Source: Syncephalis fuscata S228 (lineage: Eukaryota; Fungi; Zoopagomycota). Taken from it: 64,000 bases of DNA. Made by a program: the position numbers and the translations under genes. Where the stretch lies: positions 186,001-250,000 of the forward strand of contig JAHLTZ010000031.1 in NCBI GenBank assembly GCA_025786725.1. The letters are read 5' to 3'. This document shows, in pieces, positions 27,077-41,359 of the stretch (within the stretch, counting starts at the first letter, position 1; the number at the start of each line of letters is the position of its first letter). The notes beneath the pieces were generated by a model. It ran no database searches. It was not told the origin of the DNA and saw nothing but the letters and a program-made list of their open reading frames with translations.

Positions 27077-29717
27077 ATGGCCATTCCTTCATTAGCAACA
27101 CCTGAACAAGGGTCAGTAGCCGACGAAATGAGTGCATTTAACGCGTTCGTTGAGTTGCACCAGTATCAACTGGCAGGCTTACCGGAATCTCTATGGCCGG
27201 TAACTATAGCTATGGCCATTATGAATATAGCTAACGGTTGAATTAACTATAGTCCCTATTTAACAAACTATGCAACGATACCCTGGATGCTGGCAATTAT
27301 TTTTGTCTGGCTGAATTGGATGAAGAAGAAGCTGAGAAATTGGGCGCACCATACACACTACAGGTCGTTGAAGATAAACAACTGGCACGCGAAGGGTAAT
27401 GATACGCAATATTAAACATAATTACTTATTTGGTAAATAGCGATATTTTCTTGTTGGATCATGCTTGGACGACGGCAACTGAACGAGCTCGAGAAGAACT
27501 TGAGAAAAATCCACAGCTTTTGGATCGTATGGCCAATTTAATGGGCATTCCAGAGGAAGAGGAGGAGCAAAATGATGAAGATACGACCAGTGTCGACTCA
27601 TGGACAGCTCGTGAGGATGAAAATGAATCTAATATTGATACATCAATGGTTGAGTTGGCGGCTGAACAGGCTAATGTGTCCAAAGAAGCAGCACGTACAG
27701 CACTCATTAAAGAAAATTGGGATTTGATTAATGCCATTGCGGTGTGTATTTCAAAAAATACACTCTGTTTAACTAACGTACCATCGTTTAGTTACTTACG
27801 CTATCCAGTGAGGCACGTGAAGCAGCAGAGCAGCTGAATAAAAACGTAGTTGGTCGTATGGAGAAACAACCTGTTGCAGCCAACCAAGCATCACGAATCG
27901 GCGCAGTATTAAATGCAATGTGGCGATTTGCTGGCACTTATCAAATTACTATGTTAAATGAATCGGGCGAACATCGACAAGAACATTTGTGGTGTAAGTG
28001 ACAAAGTTTATTTTATAATTTACTGATTTGCAATTGTTAGATATTATGGATGAGGTATATGGTTATTGTTGTTTTAATATTAATACTTTATAGTACTATC
28101 GTTAACATAGTCATATAGGTGGGTTCAGCCATTCGACATTCAAACACACCCAATTGCAGTGTTATGCCATTTTTATTTGTACGTGGACCGAATACAAGTG
28201 ATACCATTTCCTATTGTGTCATGTATCCAATGCAAGACTTGAATAGTGGTGATCGTATTACGCGAGATATGACACCGGCCGATATTACCGAGCCATTGAC
28301 CCGTGAAGCATATCTATGTGCATTCGCGCCGCCCGGACCTGCTACTGCTGAACAGCTTATACGCAGCTATAAGGATTTAAATGCCAGCATTAAGCCATTA
28401 AGTGATCAGCAGTTGAATATATCTACAGAACCGGCTATTTTACCAATTGCGTCAACAGGCATTTTACATGTCTATACAGACGCTACATTTTTACAAGAAC
28501 ATTTGAGCTTAAATGGTGTAGAAATCACCAATGATCGTGATGCGCTGATTTATTATGGCTAACTGAAGATTTTGCCGAAAAATTTGATACTTTACGTCCA
28601 GGCCAATGCATTAATCAATTGCCGGGCGAGTCATGTATTGTTCATAAAAACAGATTAACTAAACTTATTTGGTAAGCTATTGATTTACTGCACAATACAA
28701 GTCTATTGAACATAATTAGGGAGACATTTGGACGAGTGGACTGGTATCCGGAGACGTATAATCTTGTCGATGAATTGCACCAGCCGTTGGCCGTTTTCTT
28801 GATGCAGCACTCGGCGATGATGCAGAACAACGCAAGGAGAACGTTTGGATTTTAAAACCATGGTACATGCATCATTATCATCTGCATCTAGTTGCAGTAG
28901 TATCTCTCTATACTAACGATGGTTAATTAGGAATGCTAGGCATAGCATTGGTGTTAGTATTACTGATACGCTATCTAGACTGATTCGGGCCCGTGATGCT
29001 ATACCTTCTATTGCACAGCGCTATCTATGTCGTCCGCTACTCTATGAAGGACGCAAGTTTGATCTGCGCTATATTGTTTTAGTACGAGCCACTAAGCCAA
29101 AGCTGCGTGCTGCAGTCTATAAAATGTTTTGGGCACGCCTAGCCAATAAGCCATACTCGCTCGACGATCTACACGAGTATGAGAAACATTTTACCATGAC
29201 GAACTACAACACCGATGTCATGACCCAATTAAATCATACCGATTTCATTGCTTACCTTGAAAAAGAACGGCCTGGATTGAATTGGTGGTCAACTGTGCAA
29301 CCAGCCATTAATAAAACATTGGCCGTAAGTTAAAATATTAATATAACACGATGCTAATTTATTTAAATGTACTAGACGTATTAAAGGCTGCAGCAGTTCA
29401 ATCGGCACCACTAGGCTTTAGCGATAAGTCTGCCGATAATGATGCATTTGCCGTATATGGCGTGGATATGATGTTAACGGATCAACTGCAGCCCGTTTTA
29501 TTAGAAGTGAATTTTTCACCTGATTGTCTACGCGCCTGCCAGGTAAGTTTATTTATAGATTTATTCTAGTTTTGTGCATTAATCACACAATAATCACTCA
29601 CTCGTTAATGCATTGTTTTATTAGTACGAGCCTGAGTTCGTTAATCATTTAATCTCCGCCGTTAGTGGCCGATCCGGTGTGGACAAAGCGCGCGACATGT
29701 TTCGCAATATAGTTTAA
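27077..29717 (+). CDS. TTLL12: Tubulin-tyrosine ligase-like protein 12 (SET-like + TTL domains), multi-exon
   Basis: FVELHQYQLAGLPESLW, DIFLLDHAWT, WYIMDEVGSAIRHS, WILKPW, RKFDLRYIVLV, YEKHFTMTNY, YGVDMML...LLEVNFSPDC. Confidence 0.85.
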
Positions 29718-31327
29718 ATAGTCATTATAGGTAGTGATGGTGGTAAGTAACTATTTATTTATTCAGTTGCTGTTAAAAAATGGGCCTCGGCCATCATTCT
29801 ACATACATCATACATACATACAGGTAAGCTGATTCATATTTATTTTCCTTTTTTTCTTTTCTTCATAGGCCATCGCATGCGATAGCAAGATCATGCAGCT
29901 TGATGTAAATCTCCGGCACGAGGCAGCATACAATGGTAGCTGTGTCGTACGGTGCAGCATTGCAACAACGTGGTATACGAAAGACGACATACACACACAC
30001 ACTAACATGCTACCACTATTTCATACTTATTGAATAAATGACACTTTTCTAATTACTAGCTTTTATTATATTAAAGTGGTACTAATTAGTATATCTATGC
30101 ATTATGCAGCGGTGTTTTATCATTGACTATTCTCTGTTTATCAATCTGTCTCTCTCTCGTTTCTTAACCAACCATCTCCGACTTTTCTTTCCTCCTTTAT
30201 CGCCTCATCTTCTGTTTGGGTGTCTGTGCCATAAAACCGGACTACACTTTGCCATAGCCATTATTATAATCATTATTAATTAGTATTGCTCTATTACTAT
30301 TTTCTTGTTTGAATATTTTCTCCGTTAACCGACGCACCGTGTTTTCTCTTCTCTCCAACACACAAGTTTGGCCTTGTCTTCGCTCGCTACTCTCTTGTGT
30401 CTCCTTCCTCTTTATTAAACTGTGCCATACTTGAAATGACTCGTCGCCAATAGTCTTGCCCCTTTTTACACAGCTGCGTTTGCCGTCGGTCTTTTCCGCT
30501 TTAACTTACCATATTTCTCCATTTACACGTTACACTTTTACCTACTTACTACCTACTGCCACTACTACCTTCCTACAACTTATACGCTCGTTTTCCATCT
30601 TTACTCTGTTCCACTCCTAAAGCAATTCTACCTGGCTATTTCGATTGCCAGCTGCATTGGTTATTTCGCATATTCCATTTTACATTCTCGCTGTGGTGAC
30701 TCATCACACTCTGCATTAAAGGCTTTTTATTATTTATCGTCATTGCTATTGGTATTGTAAGTGGAACGGCAAGTTTGGCTATTATTACTAATTATTTCTC
30801 CGATATGCTTGTGTTGATTATTATTGGTCATCTTGATGACTTGCTCTATGACTCGCCTATGGACAACTCTATTCCATGACTATTGTGCGTCTATTGCTAT
30901 GTGTGATGGCCGTACTTGTATATAGCCAGAGGCAGCCACGTGCTCAAACTATTGCGCAGGCAGGTTTCCTTTTTCGCTTAGCACCGCTGGTCTCTGCGCC
31001 ACAATAACAACAACAACAGAAATAATAGAGCCACACTACAGCGTTTAGGCCCCTAATACACGCGTGCTAGTGTATTTGTATGTGTATTGTGTGTGTGCGT
31101 GTAAAACACAATAACAGCACATTGAAGCACGCCATCATACACTAACCGGTTTTATTTAAGCCATACTATTGACGTCGTGCGTGTGTGTTTGTTGTCATCG
31201 TAGTCGTTGGTGTATGCCAATTATCAACGGTGTGATACAACATCGTGTATTTGTGGTTGTGTTATCACTCTATCAATTGGTTGATGTGCGTATACAATTA
31301 CTACTGTTAAATTAAATACTGGCTGCC

Positions 31328-34300
31328 ATGGCTACACCCCTGTCATACACCCCTTCGACCTCTATTACCGTCCAGAACAAGAATTACAACAACAAAAATA
31401 ACAGCAGAGTGATTAGATTGACTTCACATCTTAGTCCTCTACCATCACCGCCTGCTTCCGACACATCTATTGAAACTGAATCAACGTCTGGTACAGTGCA
31501 AACAACACATGGAGCTCCACCATCACCTGTCGTAGCTTCAATGCCATTGCCATTGCTTACTGAAGCAGATGACAACGGTGGACCGTTCGCAAAAGATGAT
31601 ACAACACCAGCTGTTGCCGGTATTAGCTTTGGAAGAAGTGCTGCACCTAGTGCTAGTGCAAATATATCGCCGCCAGTCTTTGTAGAAAAGATGGACAAAA
31701 TATCGTCGTTTGATATTGATTCATTTCCACAGCCACCTACTGATACCATATCGCTCGTGTCAAATCATTCGACTGAGGATATTACCACCTCATCAATGAT
31801 AGCGGCATCGGTGGTGACGCACGGTATTAGTGCATTTCGTCCCGCGAGTACAACCTTGGCTGCAACACTTGCGGTGGCCGAGGGCACGCATTTATCGGCC
31901 ACGCGAAGTGACACGCGGTCGCCAATCACGACGGAGCAGATAAAATCACGGCATCCATTGTCACTTTTACGTAAAATAGCCCAGCGTCAAGACGGTAATT
32001 CTGCATACACTCACCGTTCAAGTACCGATAATAGAAGTGACACTAGCGACCATAGCCCAAATCCGACTCACCACCACCGACAAATACAGCAACAACAACA
32101 ACAACAACAACAACAGTCATCGCACCATCAACACCGTCACAACAACAACAACAGCAACAGCGTCCATCGACACCAACAGTCAATCCAATGCAGCCTATTC
32201 GGTTAGGATTACGCCATTGGATGAATATGGTACCATCTATGGGCAAGATGGTAAAGACTGTAGGCGCCATATTTACTATGGCCCACCACAGCCATCATGG
32301 TCTATAACGAATCATCTTACTATAGTCAATCTGCAAGACATGATGGCTAAATTGCCATCAGAAATTGCCGCCGACCCAGTACAGCTACAACGTATGCGTT
32401 ATGCATGGGAACATTATGCAAAAGATGCTATGCCTGGCTATCGCCGAGGACGTCGTGTTATGAATTCAATTGAGCTGCCTAAACATCCTATTCATGAGTT
32501 AAATGGATTTGGATTTGAACATATTTATTTGCAGTCTTCGTTAATGACCGATACAACACGGCATGATACCAGTGGCGATAAAACATGGATGCCAAATCTG
32601 CTATCACGTTCAACAACACGTAAACATATGCCTAATGGTGTACCACAGTATTCACCGGCTGCTTATGCGGCTGGCGGTGGTGCATGTAAACCAGGCATTA
32701 AAGTGTTTAACAGCAGTCAGAGTAAAGGCCATATTCAGGTAAGATCGGCCATTATACCGGCTGATTATTGTGTGCGTGCCACACAACACGTTCAATCATT
32801 AGGACTTGTACCAAGTGAAAAGGATATTGCTGCCGCGGCTGCCTACTCACCAACAAGTACACTTGATAGCGGCTCTACATCGTCACCACCATCCATTCAC
32901 GGCCATGGGTATGCATCTAATTCTAGTACGTCTACGTTAACGGCCGAATGGATTACTTGGCATCCAACAGTCGATAAAAAAGACTTGGCTGCAGCAAAGT
33001 CACCATCAAACTCACCATCGGCAACGGCACCTAGAGAGCAGCAGCAACAACAGCAACAATTGTCAATGCAACAGCTACAGCAGATGTATGGCCAATCGCC
33101 AAGAGATTTGATGGGTAGATCATCTCGTCGTTCAAGCTATCAAAGATCAAGGCCCAATTCAGCATATAGCCTAGATAGCCAATTTCGCGTGCTGATCGTC
33201 CACAATCGCGCTACTCTACCACGCCACGAGTAAGATCACCACTATCAGGTGCAGCAAGTACTACGGCAAGCACCGCGCCTAGTATTCCAGCATCTTTGCT
33301 ATCACCGCACGAGCCTAAACCAGCGGTTATTTTGTATTTACATGGTGGCGGCTACTTTGCCGGTTCAGCACTGACCCATCGTGTGTTGACCAGTCGATTG
33401 GCACAGGATACCGGTGCCGCTGTATTTGGTAAGTAATTTATTATATTTCATTAATTTATTATTAGTAGTTAATGGCAATTAATAGCACTTAATTATCGAC
33501 TGGCGCCCGAACATCCTTTCCCAGCTGCATTGCAGGATGCACTCGCTGCCTATTTCTATCTTACACAAACGTTTCTGACCGAGACAATGGATCATGAAAA
33601 TGGCAATTCGGATGCAGGATCCATTTCAGCGCATCGTGATGATATGCAAGGTATTTCACCAGATCGTATTCTCATTGCTGGCGATAGTGCTGGCGGCGGT
33701 CTTACCGTTGCTTTATTATTGGCACTACGTGACTTGCGTCTTCCTTTACCGGCTGGTGCAATCACTTTATCGCCATGGCTTGATCAAACGAGTAGCTCAA
33801 CAAGTGCAACAGCCAATTCGACGACCGACTATCTTCCTAATCCCGATATTATTGGTAAGGTTGATAAGCCATGGTGGCAAACCGACGTCAATGTTGAACA
33901 TTTTTATGTTCGACAACGCTCACTGCTCACCTGTCCCTATGTATCACCTCTATGGGCCACTGATCTATCAGGATTACCGCCCATTTTGATGGTAAGTAAT
34001 TTATAATATTATTAATTATTAGTGTTTATTAATTATCAATGCCATTTTATAGCAAGTAGGTGGCGCTGAACGATTTAAAGATGAAGTCATGCAGTTTGCC
34101 CAGCATGCTGTATTATTGCCCCAAGCCAGACCCAATTCAAGCGGCAATAGTTTACGTCTAGGCCGTACAGCATCCATTGTACGTATGCCAACTAGCGTAC
34201 GTTTAGAAGTTTATGAAGAGATGCCACACGTATGGGCCTGTTTCCCTAACATGCCTGCCACACGTGTATCGCAGGCCCGTGCGGCCAAGTTTATCCACAG

Positions 34301-34412
34301 CTGTCTTACGGCATCGCCACAGCTCTATCCAGAATATTTACAAATCGCCCCCGATGGCGAACTACTACAACATAGCTTGCTACCTCTAGACACTATTCAC
34401 CAAACACGGTGA
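31328..34412 (+). CDS. Alpha/beta hydrolase (hormone-sensitive-lipase family) with a long low-complexity N-terminus
   Basis: LYLHGGGY, NYRLAPEHPFPAALQD, IAGDSAGGGL, LSPWLD, YEEMPHVW; frame changes near the (CAA)n tract and ~33200. Confidence 0.85.
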
Positions 34413-34614
34413 CCTACACTTTATTTTTATCTTAAAAAAAGTACACTTTTCTTTCTTATCTCTTGTTTGCTTCACTTTCCGATATCTTTCCTTTCCTCAA
34501 TAAACCGTGTAAAGATCTTCGATTTTCGTAAACGAACGAATACTATAGATAAAGAGATAGATAGTAGTTTATTTTTATAGTAAATAATAATAAGTGTAAG
34601 TGATAGATAATGTT

Positions 34615-35141
34615 AATAAAATTAGTAAGTCATTAATTTCTTTTATTAAGAAGATATATCTAAATATCTACCAAACTATTTTAAAAAGCCATGTTTACCA
34701 GTATTGAAGAATGAATATTGCTGCTGATAGTTTAGGCTTGTTAACAATCGCAATTTTAAAGGAAAAATAGTAATTCAATAAGATTACAGTTTATCTGTCT
34801 TCATAAAACAATTCCAATAACAAATGTCTGTTTGTTTTGATGACCAGAAAGCAAAAGACTAGGCTAGTAAAAATTGTTCAATGCAATATTAAGCATTTTA
34901 ATGGTTATCCATATGATTTTGGTAATAATACTATTAGATTTATTACTAAATATACTACAAATGATATTACTACATTCTTAAATGTAAACCAAAAACATAC
35001 AAGTAAAAACATTAAGTACATATTTGGTTATTTAATATATATTAACAATTGCAATGGCTCAACAAATGCTAGTATTTCTTATTACAAAGCTTGATCTGCC
35101 TTTGATTCGATAAAAAATAATGACATTGTTGCAACAACAGT
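34615..35141 (+). repeat. ~527-bp segment directly repeated at 42186-42714 (inverted copy at ~18130-18660)
   Basis: aataaaattagtaagtcattaatt...atgacattgttgcaacaacagt occurs at both positions. Confidence 0.9.
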
Positions 35142-37054
35142 GTTGCGCTTCTAGTTTTAGAAATCGCAACTTAAATGACCAAACAACACCTTGTCCTGTC
35201 GCTATCCTATAACGTTAATTCCCAATGCTTATCAACGCTTACCTTAACGCTCAGAATATAATTTGTTGTTTGGTTGTATTGCTTTTATAATAAATTATTC
35301 CTTATTGGTCATTAATTACTACAGTTTAACTATAATAAACTGAATAGCTTGTATAACACTAAGTAGAAATAACATTGGACTAGAAGCTTGATTATTTTTT
35401 TATTGATATTGAATAAAGCTATCATTACATAGTAAACATAACTAATAATAGAACTGGAATGCCTTGTAGTATTTGATCATTAGCGCAGCATATTAGTTCA
35501 GGCGACTGCTCATATGCTCACAACTAACAAGTAGCTACACGTCATATTGTCGTAATAGGCATTTGTTACTAGTAATCGGTACTAATATCCGATAGGTATA
35601 TTATTCTTGTGACCAATCACATGCGACTTTAACTGACTATACAATTACATGGTATATCTCTTGATCACACCTTTACAAGACCCTGCCCGGAATATCAGAA
35701 CAGTAACAATGCTGAAACAGTAGTTGATGCTGAAACAAACGTTTTTATTGAATAAATACAAACTACTAATGGAACAACTATTAAAATAAATAAAGTGTAA
35801 TGCAAACAAAAATAATTGAATTAATAAATATTTTTAGATTTTGAATTTAACCAACAAATAAGATTAGATTGGTTTACAGCATCCAGATATCAGATATAGC
35901 AATTAAATATTCCGAATTACATAAAAGTGTTATTGCTTTGATCAACTTAAATTAATTAGTTGGTATCAAGCAAGAGTGAAGATGTGCAAAATAAAACCGT
36001 CAACATGACATTTGTCATTGATAAACTGGAACAATCTACTTGTAACGTTCATTTTAAATGCGCCGTAGTCGCTCCAATGTTCTAATTTAAAAGAGTTGTG
36101 GAACATGGCGAAAAAAGCTTAAGAGGATGCTGTGATGGGCCATTTAAACCACTTGATTTGTATCAAATCTTATGATATTTTTATTAACTAAATAAAGATA
36201 CTTTTTCCACAATATTGAGCACGCTATTGGTTGTTTAATGTGATTTGCAGTTAAATAACCATAATAGCCACACATTTAAACTAAATATTCGTGTTATTGA
36301 AGATGAAATTGGTGGTGAGTGTCGTTGGTTATTAAGCTATTTATTTATCATTATTATTGTACTGCACACATCTATCTTGTATACACATACTATATGTCGT
36401 CTATATCATTAATATTGTAAATTATAGAAACTATATTAATAAAAGCCAAAAGCTTATTGCTAGCTGTATTCTTTTAGCAGATCTTGATCCATTTCGTTTA
36501 TTGCTCTTGGTCATTGCATACAGTATAGTTTTGCTATCACCATTCACGTATCTAATTGCTTATTTATTTATTTATAATATCTATGCTTTATTACCATGTT
36601 TATTAGAAAGCGTTTTTATTTTAATTTTAGCATAATATTGTTTGGCTATATGACTGATAGCTTTGCTACTATCCATACCAATCTATGTTTATAGCTAATA
36701 CAACATAATCGCACATGTCTTTTGTATTTTAACTATTTGATTAATAGTTTCATTATTGAATAAAATAGAACATGATTATAGATTTAGCAATTTGATTGTA
36801 TATAGTTAAGATGGAACCATAAGTTTATTACTATAAGCTTGCACAGTTGAATAGAAACAACTAGATGCAAACATGTTGGTAACATAATGATTCCATTGAT
36901 TAAAGACTGGATAAACCGGAGCATTGGCCAAGACTTGATATATAAATAGACTGGACGGCGTAGTTGTCAAATGGTCTTGCTTTTCATCGAATATATACCT
37001 AAATTGTATTGGAATAGTGGCTTGATTGCACTACCAATGCTGATGTCCTTATGC

Positions 37055-39479
37055 TTATGGATTAGCTGTATTTATAAATAAATATATTACATGTCATATA
37101 GTTAATGTATAGATTAGCAATATAAAATATAACTTACCTTCTATTAGTATTAAGTTATTGATACACAAAATAAATAACATGTAATTAGTAAGTAACCAAT
37201 TAATATGAAATGCTACTTACGGCCTATTAGTATTAAGTTGTTAGTACACATGATGTATAACATGTAATTAGTAAGTAATCAATTAATACACAATACTACT
37301 TACATTCTATTGATATTAAGATGTTGTTGAATACAGTATATAGTATAAATTAGCGCATGTTCTATTGATATGCAATACAACTTACCTTCTATTAATATTA
37401 AGTTGTTAATGGATACAGTAAATAGCATGTGGTTAGGGAGTATCCAGCTAGTATAAAATATAACCTACTGTCTATTAATATTAAATTATTGATGAGCACA
37501 ATACATGGTATATAATTAATATGTATTCAGTTAGTACATAACACAACTTACTGCCTATTAATATTAATTTGTCGATACATATAGTAAATAGAATGTAATT
37601 AATATATAATCAATTAATACACGATACTACTTACAATCTATTATATTAAGTTGTTGATGCATAAAATACATAATATATAATTAGTAGATAGTTAGCTAAT
37701 ATACAATATCACTTACTGTCTATTATATCAAGTTAATTCATACAATGAATAGCATAGTTAATGTATAGTCAGTTAATATACAAAACCACTTACATTCTAT
37801 TAATATTAAATAGTTGGCACATCATTGAATAACAGCTAATATATAGTCAGTTATTTACAATATTACTTACCACCTATTAATATTACATAATTAGTATAAG
37901 CAGTAAATAACAGTTGTATAATCAGTTAATATACAAAACCACTTACAAACTATTAATATTAAATAGCATAGTTAATATATAGTCAGTTAATATACAATAT
38001 TACTTACTGACTATTAATATTAAATAAGTACAATTAGTAAATAGCATATTTAATGTATAGCCAGTTAATATACAATACCACTTACACCCTATTAATATTA
38101 AATAGTTGGTATAGTTATTAAATAGCATAGTTAATATATAGCCAGTTAATATACAATACCACTTACTAACTATTAATGTTAAATAGTTGATATAGTTATT
38201 AAATAGCATAGTTAATATATAGTTAATTAATATGCAATACAACTTACAGGCTATTAATATTAAATAGTTGGTACAATCGTTAAATAGCATAGTCAATATA
38301 TAGTAATTAATATACAATACCACTTACGACCTATTAATATTAAATAGTTGGCACAATCAGTAAATAGCATAGTTAATGTGTAGTCAGTTAATATACAATA
38401 TAACTTACGACCTATTAATATTAAATAATCGACACAGTCAGTAAATAGCGGTTAATATATAGTCGATGGATATACAATATCACTTACCGCCTATTAATAT
38501 TAAGTTATTGGTACACACAATACACGATATATAATTAGCCAATGCCTAATTAATATACAATACCACTTACAATTTTCTAATATTAAGTTGTTGATATACA
38601 CAGTGCATGATATGTAATTAGTGAGTGATTGGTTCATATACGATACAACTTACTTCTTTCTGTATTAAATTGCCCACACAGTACAAAATATATAATTAGT
38701 GCATAGTCAGTGAATATACAATATTACTTACTAACTATTCCATCAAGTTATTGATGCACATAGTGTATGGTATATAATTAATTTATAAGTAAGCAACATA
38801 CAATACGACTTACCGCCTATTAGTATAAAGTTATTGATACACACAGCGCATAATATATAATTAGTCAGTGTGCAATTAGTATACAGTATAACTTACATTG
38901 TTCTAATATTAAGCCATTGGTACATACAACACATAATATATAATTAGTTATAGTCATTTAATATACAATACAACTTACCCACTATGGCATCAAATTGTTG
39001 ATGCACATAATACATGATATATGATTAATTTATAAGTTAGCACATACAATATCACTTACAGCCTATTGGTATTAAGTTGTTGATACACATAGTCCATAGC
39101 ATGCAATTAATGAATAATCAACTAATATACAATATAACTTACAGTCATCTAATATTAAGTTGTTGATAGATACAGTATATGACATATAGTTAATGTATAG
39201 TCAAGTAATATATCATACAACTTACACCCTATTAATATTAAATAATTGGTACAATCAATAAATAGTATAGTTAATGTATAGTCATTTAGTATACAATACA
39301 GCTTACTGGCTATTATAATTATTAGTTAGAAATACTGTTAGTAAACAAAATATTATGAATATTTATTGTTATTGTAACATACCATCACGGCGAACTAAGG
39401 CCGGTTTAGCATCAACCATGGATGTACTAGCCACAATAGCCACAACAATGGTGCAAACAACGGCAATGGAAAGCTTCAT
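37055..39479 (-). CDS. Microexon gene B: secreted 6-Cys peptide, 30 exons (24 x 3-nt and 4 x 6-nt microexons), 67 aa
   Basis: Spliced product MKLSIAVVCTIVVAIVASTSMVDAKPALVRRD-ARYDCLEQCVKRKNCGRPFRFICEYNCNKECQANP*; units appear as CTTAC-NNN-CTA on the + strand. Confidence 0.85.
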
Positions 39480-41359
39480 GGTAATATTGACTTGTTAAGA
39501 CAAACAAATAAAAGAATAGTAGAGTGTGGTTGGTATAGAATGGAGAGTAGTGCGTGTATAGCAAGAAGTAGAGTGTGGTCGGTATAAAGTGGAGAGTAGT
39601 GTGTGTTTAATAAGAAGTAGAGTGTGATGATAATATCGCAGTTGGTTGTGTATATTTTGTGGGCTATTTATACTTATGATTATGCTGAGATGCTAGTATA
39701 CTGTAGTATACGAGATATACCATTGATGTGTAATATGAACCAATAAAGCAATCCAAATAGTGGTTTGAGATGCATATGTACAATAGATTATAATGTGGTA
39801 GGATGCTTTCTAGGCTTGATTTTAACCTGTCCGGTCTTTATTTTAACCTGCCGGTCTTTACTCCAATCTGTTAGTTATTTGCGCGAGTACTGTAACGGTG
39901 TTCACAATCCAGTACATATGGGATAAAAATAGACATATTAACCTGGTTTTTGTTACATGGTCTAACTATTGGTAAAAACAATATAATGTTTGATTTTGTA
40001 AAAGCAATAATGATATCTTTGCTGTCACTTCCATTGAATGACTCGGGCCCAATATTGCATACATACAAAATGTACAAATTGCCAAAAACAAGCTTATGTA
40101 TCAAACTAGTATTTTTATACAGGTTTTTACTGCTATACATAGGCCAGCCATAATTTTTAAATTATAAAGTGTGTTGATTGGTACATGCGTGCATTTCATT
40201 CGACACTATGCCCATTGCTATGGAGTAATCATTGCTTTGAATTCACAAATGTATTACATCCAGGCATATCATGCTACATGTTGCGCAGCTACCATCATTC
40301 AAATGGCGGCCAATCCAAGTTACTTGAAGCGACTATACAATAAGTACTGTTTATGCATGATGCATCACAGCATTTTGAGCAATGGAACATTCCAACAAGT
40401 CATTTTTTACCAGTTTCAGCTGTAAACTAAATTGCATTGTTAGATTCTATGCAATGCGATATACAAACGAGAGGCTAGGCACACCAAACAATTCTATTCA
40501 AATATTAGCAACTTTGAGTGAATAGTGGTAATGGATTACACACCAATCCCTAATTATTCAAGGTTTAAACGCTGCTCAGTCTGTGGCATAATTCAGCACG
40601 ACATCTTTAACAATAGAACATTCCATCCAACTAATGATGTTGTCCGTTTTTGTCTGTAAAGTAGGCTGTATCGGCTAAATTACACACAATGCAATATGCA
40701 GACACTAGATTGGACACAATAGAAAGTTTTAGCCAAATATCAATAATTTCGAGTGCATAATTTCAATAGGTTGCATATCAACTGGTAATCATCCAAGGCC
40801 TAACTGCTGCTTACATTTTTGAAACCAATCCTGACAAGTCAAGCAAGATGGAATATAGAAGAACAAATTAAAGCGAAACCAATGGAAAACAATGGCAGCT
40901 CAAAGGCTTACTAATTTGACCTATAGCAAATCATTATGGGCATGCTAAGTTGGACAGCATTTATCAAAAGTTGGCTGTTGCTGATGCGGCCAGAACTGCA
41001 GCAACGTCAAACCGAGATAACGCATAAAAACAAGAGTGTAAATAAATTGAATTAACGAGTTTAGTAATTAAATAACTTATTATTGTCACTATAGCTTATA
41101 ACACTGGCTGTTTGTACGATAAATATTTACAATCACATTGTAACTTCTTATATACTCACATTTACACGATCATCAATTAAGCCAACTATTACAAGACTTA
41201 ATCTAATTATTTATTAGATAAGCAGCTAACATTATACATTATTGCAACAATAAAAAGACATATTGTTTTGTTTATTGGCCATTAATAAAAGTTGTATAAC
41301 TATATTAAAATAAAATAAAACATCAAATTGAGCGCGTAATATTTACATGATCAAGCCAT

